Positions 22,922 to 26,220 of a DNA stretch of 26,220 nucleotides are shown here, in pieces. The stretch covers positions 1-26,220 of IMG/VR virus record IMGVR_UViG_3300029930_000017. One strand, written 5' to 3'. The DNA is from a virus. Lineage: Duplodnaviria > Caudoviricetes. The notes beneath the pieces were generated by a model. The model saw only the letters and a program-made list of their open reading frames with translations. It was not told the DNA's origin and searched no databases. Every line of letters begins with the position of its first letter. The first letter of the stretch is position 1. The position numbers and the translations under genes were made by a program.

Positions 22922-25900
22922 TGTTGCCCGCTCCTAATTGCATCAATTTCTGACTGAAGACGAGAGACGTTAGCTGAAAGTTCCTTGATCGCCTCAACCA
23001 GAATTGCGACGGTGTTGCCGTAACTAACGCCATACTGATCGACGTCTTTGGCGTAAGTAACAAGAGGAGCGGCCCCATCAACCGCAGCAACCTCTTGAGC
23101 AATAAACCCGACCTGTAGTTTTTTGGTCGGATCGTCGATTCTGTTGTAATAGACGCCGCGTAAATTTTTAACGATATCTAGCGCGTTGCTTATAGTTACG
23201 ACGTTTTCTTTAACGCGAGCGTCGGAATACGCAACTATGTTGTCAGTTGCATACAACGCTCCACCAACGTAGCACTTGTACGATGACGACGTTGATGACG
23301 TTCCAATTCCAAGGCATCTGTGAGATCGAAGCCAATAAAAATGCCAATCTTGGTAGTCATACATTCCACCATTCCCGCCTGTGTCGAACATAAGCGTGCA
23401 TGGGCCGGACGTATTGTAGAGAACAATTCCTTGGTAGGAATTCTTATACCCTTCCATTTGCCACGAGCCGTATGTCGTGCTTATTCCGGGGTACCAATGA
23501 GTGCCAGCGCCGCTGCTTGGCGAGTACAGGAAATGACCGCTACTAGATTGGAGCCAAGTATTGACTTGGTAGTAACTGCCTCCTTGCTGGCTTAATACGC
23601 GGCTTCCTGCGTCGTAGACACCACTTGCGTATAGTGCCTTGCTTCCGTTGCCACCCGTTCCAATTTTTACATCGCCGCCGTCATAGTAATTAAGTTCAAG
23701 CGGATCAGAGCCGCGCCCGTTTACTGTATCGAGATATCCGTTACGGCCTATCAATCCGTAAGTCTGGTCGCTAGTAAACTTGAGGTTTGTATAGATAACA
23801 TCGCCATTAAGCGTACCTCCAGAACTTATCGCGCTAGCAGATCCAGCCGTATCTGCATATCCAGCCCACGCCTTCCTCCAAGACTCCCACGAACCGCCTT
23901 CGCGAATTCGCATATGGATGTATGGAGAGGTCGTGTTCCAACTAGCAATTCGCGGGAACGCGATTTGCATCGCATACGAACCTATCCCGTAATCGTTACC
24001 TAGCCCAAGCGTGAATCCGTAATACTGGCTACCATTACCCGGCCCGCCGTCCGCCTGTACGAAATATGCGCCAAAATTTGGAACGCTGTTAAATGTCGTG
24101 TAGGACGTATGATTGCCGCCCACGTTGTTAAATATCTGCGATATGGTCAGACCTTGTAGTTGCGACGAGTTGTTGGCGGTGTTTGCGCCTCCGGTTATAT
24201 TGATCGACCACGTTCCGCTTGCACCGCTGCCAGTCAGCGATGGGCTATAGGAATTGTAGTTACCGGCGTGAATAGCCGTGTTTCCAGAAATTCTAACTGG
24301 GTTACCAACTGGATTGATGTCAAGCGGTTGACCGCTGTGAGATTGAACGTAGGAATATGAACCGTTGTTGCCGATTGAGAGCGTAAAGTTTCCGGCTACA
24401 CTAGGGTTTGTAGTCCCCACCAAATATGCACTGTTTAGGGTAGAAGCATAGTTACCTGTGTGAAGAACAAGATTGCTAGTGCTGTTACCAGCATACATCT
24501 GACCGCGTGTGTAGAAATTCCCGGTGTCAGGAGTAAGTGACGCTACACATTGATTGAGATCGTTTTCCCAAATGAAACTTCGGATTGAGTCGCTTCCGTA
24601 TGCTCTGAATCGGACAGCATGAGAGGTTCTGCCGTCTATACTTCCGGGCGCCGTTCCTCCAGAGAGCGACTTTCCAGCGCCAGCGGTCGCCATGTAGATT
24701 CCCCAGTTAGAATCTCCATTTTGCCAGAGCATGATCCCATTGCCGGTGCCGCCATCTGTGCCGCCCTGCACAGTTATCTTTGATCCGGCAGACGCTCCAA
24801 AGAATCCGGTTACGGTGCCGCCGCTTAGGGGAAGCGCATATGAACCGTAATTTCCCGCATGGAGAATGGCGTTCCCGCCGTAAGTAAAACTGTTACCGTT
24901 TACAAATTGAATATCGCCAGCCGCTGTTATCTTCAGCCGCTCTGTTGATGTCACGCCCGACATTAGGCGAACGCCTTTGCCAGCCGTGCTGCGCTGCGCG
25001 AGCGTCAGCCATCCTTTGTCTGCAACGATTGTCAGACCTTCTGCTGTGTATACATCTGTGTCAGATGTTCCTCGCAAAAGCATCCACGCGGCATGATCTC
25101 CGCTTGTATCTAAAAATTGAATGCCCGCGTAACTAGACGCTGGCGGCTGAAAGCGAATGTCTCCGTGGCCAGTCCGCGTTCCTGCACCTACGGCATCCCA
25201 ACTAACAGATGCAGAAACGCTTATGTTTCCCGACCCAATGATCGAGCTACCGTTTACGGTCTTGAAGTAACCGCTGTAGTTACCGGCGTGGAGGTAGGCT
25301 TGCGAGTAGTTGCCCTTATATGCATTACCGCTTGAGTCTAGACTGAAAACGATATTGCTGTCTGAAAGCGTCGGCGATGTGCTGTACTCGACCGCAAACT
25401 GTGTGCCACTGGAGTTGTCTCGCGATTTCCAATACCCGGTCGAGCCGTGATAGAAGCCGCTTGTTGCTTTGATGGTAGTGCCAGACAAATTTCCAGTCAG
25501 CGTCCCGCCACTCAACGGAAGAGCGTAGCTGCTGTAGTTACCGGCGTGAAGAATCAGGTGGTTGGAGGTTGTCGCGTAGTTATTTGCGCTTTGCAAATAA
25601 GTCGCGCTGTAACCCTCGCCAATCTGAAGCTGCGTGCCGTTGCCATTACCTTCCATTGCGCGGTAACTACCGCCGAAATATATCCGGTTGTTTCCGCCGG
25701 TGAAGTAAAGACCATTGCCGTTGCCTGAAATCGTCGGACTGCCAGTCAGCGTCCCGCCAGACAGCGGAAGTGCGTAGCTGCTGTAGTTGCTGCTATCTAG
25801 CGCCGTCGACCATCCCGTCCAGTCAGATGCGTTCCATTTTGTGCGCCACGCGAGTCGCCCGTCGTGCCCCGCTTGGAGCTGCGTACGCCCGTTATCATTA

Positions 25901-26220
25901 CCAAATACAAGCAAGTTGCCGTACTGGTTAATTGGTGGCCCGTTAGTATCTGCGCCATCGGGAGCCGTTCGGTAACAACCAATTCCGGTCAGGTCGTTCC
26001 AGTTCGCAATGACAAGACTGTCGCCACGCAAAGCCATTGCGTAGGACGTATGGTTCCCGGCGTGAAGAATCTGCTGTCCGCGATAAGTAAATGTGGAATT
26101 GCTTGCGCTATTAAATGCGATTCCATTCGTTGCAGCGGCTGACCCAATCGAAATTTCCGCAGAATTTTTTCCAATTACCCAATCGCCGCTGACATCCCTG
26201 ATTGGAACGCCTGAGCCGAG
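22918..26220 (-). CDS. long modular tail fibre with C-terminal peptidase S74 intramolecular chaperone (5' end outside window)
   Basis: The frame stays open 61 codons upstream of ATG 26037 to the window edge. Knob-like modules and LHAGNY..YALPLSGGT linkers; C-terminal YSDARVKEN...ALD.V..LRGVYY...VGFIAQEV...LVEAIKEL plus coiled coil. Confidence 0.9.
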   Translation of the reverse strand, partial: LGSGVPIRDVSGDWVIGKNSAEISIGSAAATNGIAFNSASNSTFTYRGQQILHAGNHTSYAMALRGDSLVIANWNDLTGIGCYRTAPDGADTNGPPINQYGNLLVFGNDNGRTQLQAGHDGRLAWRTKWNASDWTGWSTALDSSNYSSYALPLSGGTLTGSPTISGNGNGLYFTGGNNRIYFGGSYRAMEGNGNGTQLQIGEGYSATYLQSANNYATTSNHLILHAGNYSSYALPLSGGTLTGNLSGTTIKATSGFYHGSTGYWKSRDNSSGTQFAVEYSTSPTLSDSNIVFSLDSSGNAYKGNYSQAYLHAGNYSGYFKTVNGSSIIGSGNISVSASVSWDAVGAGTRTGHGDIRFQPPASSYAGIQFLDTSGDHAAWMLLRGTSDTDVYTAEGLTIVADKGWLTLAQRSTAGKGVRLMSGVTSTERLKITAAGDIQFVNGNSFTYGGNAILHAGNYGSYALPLSGGTVTGFFGASAGSKITVQGGTDGGTGNGIMLWQNGDSNWGIYMATAGAGKSLSGGTAPGSIDGRTSHAVRFRAYGSDSIRSFIWENDLNQCVASLTPDTGNFYTRGQMYAGNSTSNLVLHTGNYASTLNSAYLVGTTNPSVAGNFTLSIGNNGSYSYVQSHSGQPLDINPVGNPVRISGNTAIHAGNYNSYSPSLTGSGASGTWSINITGGANTANNSSQLQGLTISQIFNNVGGNHTSYTTFNSVPNFGAYFVQADGGPGNGSQYYGFTLGLGNDYGIGSYAMQIAFPRIASWNTTSPYIHMRIREGGSWESWRKAWAGYADTAGSASAISSGGTLNGDVIYTNLKFTSDQTYGLIGRNGYLDTVNGRGSDPLELNYYDGGDVKIGTGGNGSKALYASGVYDAGSRVLSQQGGSYYQVNTWLQSSSGHFLYSPSSGAGTHWYPGISTTYGSWQMEGYKNSYQGIVLYNTSGPCTLMFDTGGNGGMYDYQDWHFYWLRSHRCLGIGTSSTSSSYKCYVGGALYATDNIVAYSDARVKENVVTISNALDIVKNLRGVYYNRIDDPTKKLQVGFIAQEVAAVDGAAPLVTYAKDVDQYGVSYGNTVAILVEAIKELSANVSRLQSEIDAIRSGQQ
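24205..26075 (-). repeat. seven dispersed (I/L)HAGNY..Y(ALPLSGGT) linker repeats in tail fibre
   Basis: Copies near 26060, 25770, 25520, 25280, 24840, 24455 and 24260. The copies at 25742-25788 and 25493-25539 share 43/47 nt. Confidence 0.85.

Noticed and set aside
26035-26037. ATG 26037 as the start of the tail fibre
   Set aside because: The frame is open to the window edge and includes another LHAGN linker upstream, so the gene starts outside the window.
24205-26075. Possible CRISPR array or invertible shufflon in the fibre repeats
   Set aside because: Repeats are in-frame, degenerate, irregularly spaced and all direct; no invertase or inverted cassettes are present.
2244-26142. Many short ORF-track ORFs antisense or out of frame within the large - strand genes (e.g. 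8605-9489, 3886-4437, 5274-5876, 12181-12720)
   Set aside because: They are fully nested in well-supported genes, lack recognisable motifs, and are the expected shadow ORFs of GC-rich coding DNA.
1-26220. Stop-codon reassignment
   Set aside because: Genes tile densely under the standard code, with long uninterrupted ORFs and TAA, TGA and TAG all used as stops.

Overview
A 26 kb segment of a tailed dsDNA bacteriophage genome (Caudoviricetes). The gene order is podovirus-like and the GC is moderately high, so a proteobacterial host is plausible but unproven. The left 2.1 kb is the end of a + strand cluster of small, tightly overlapping accessory genes: an exonuclease C-terminus, an NrdR-like Zn ribbon, DUF3310, an FDxHR Zn finger and small membrane or coiled-coil proteins. 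It meets head-on a - strand virion operon. In transcription order that operon encodes: a modular tail fibre with a C-terminal S74 chaperone (running off the right edge), three tandem small fibre-associated paralogs, an adhesin-like protein ending in an atypical Hint domain, a small protein, an intrinsic terminator, a tail tubular/stabilisation protein, a J-like host-specificity protein, two small tail proteins, a GNAT, two internal virion (ejection) proteins, and a 2813-aa large polyvalent protein. The polyvalent protein carries metallopeptidase, HhH-like, GNAT, ADP-ribosyltransferase and LPD38-like modules separated by a repeated QFSR linker. No rRNA, tRNA, CRISPR array, integrase, transposase or reverse transcriptase was seen. 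All family calls come from motif recognition by eye, not from database searches.
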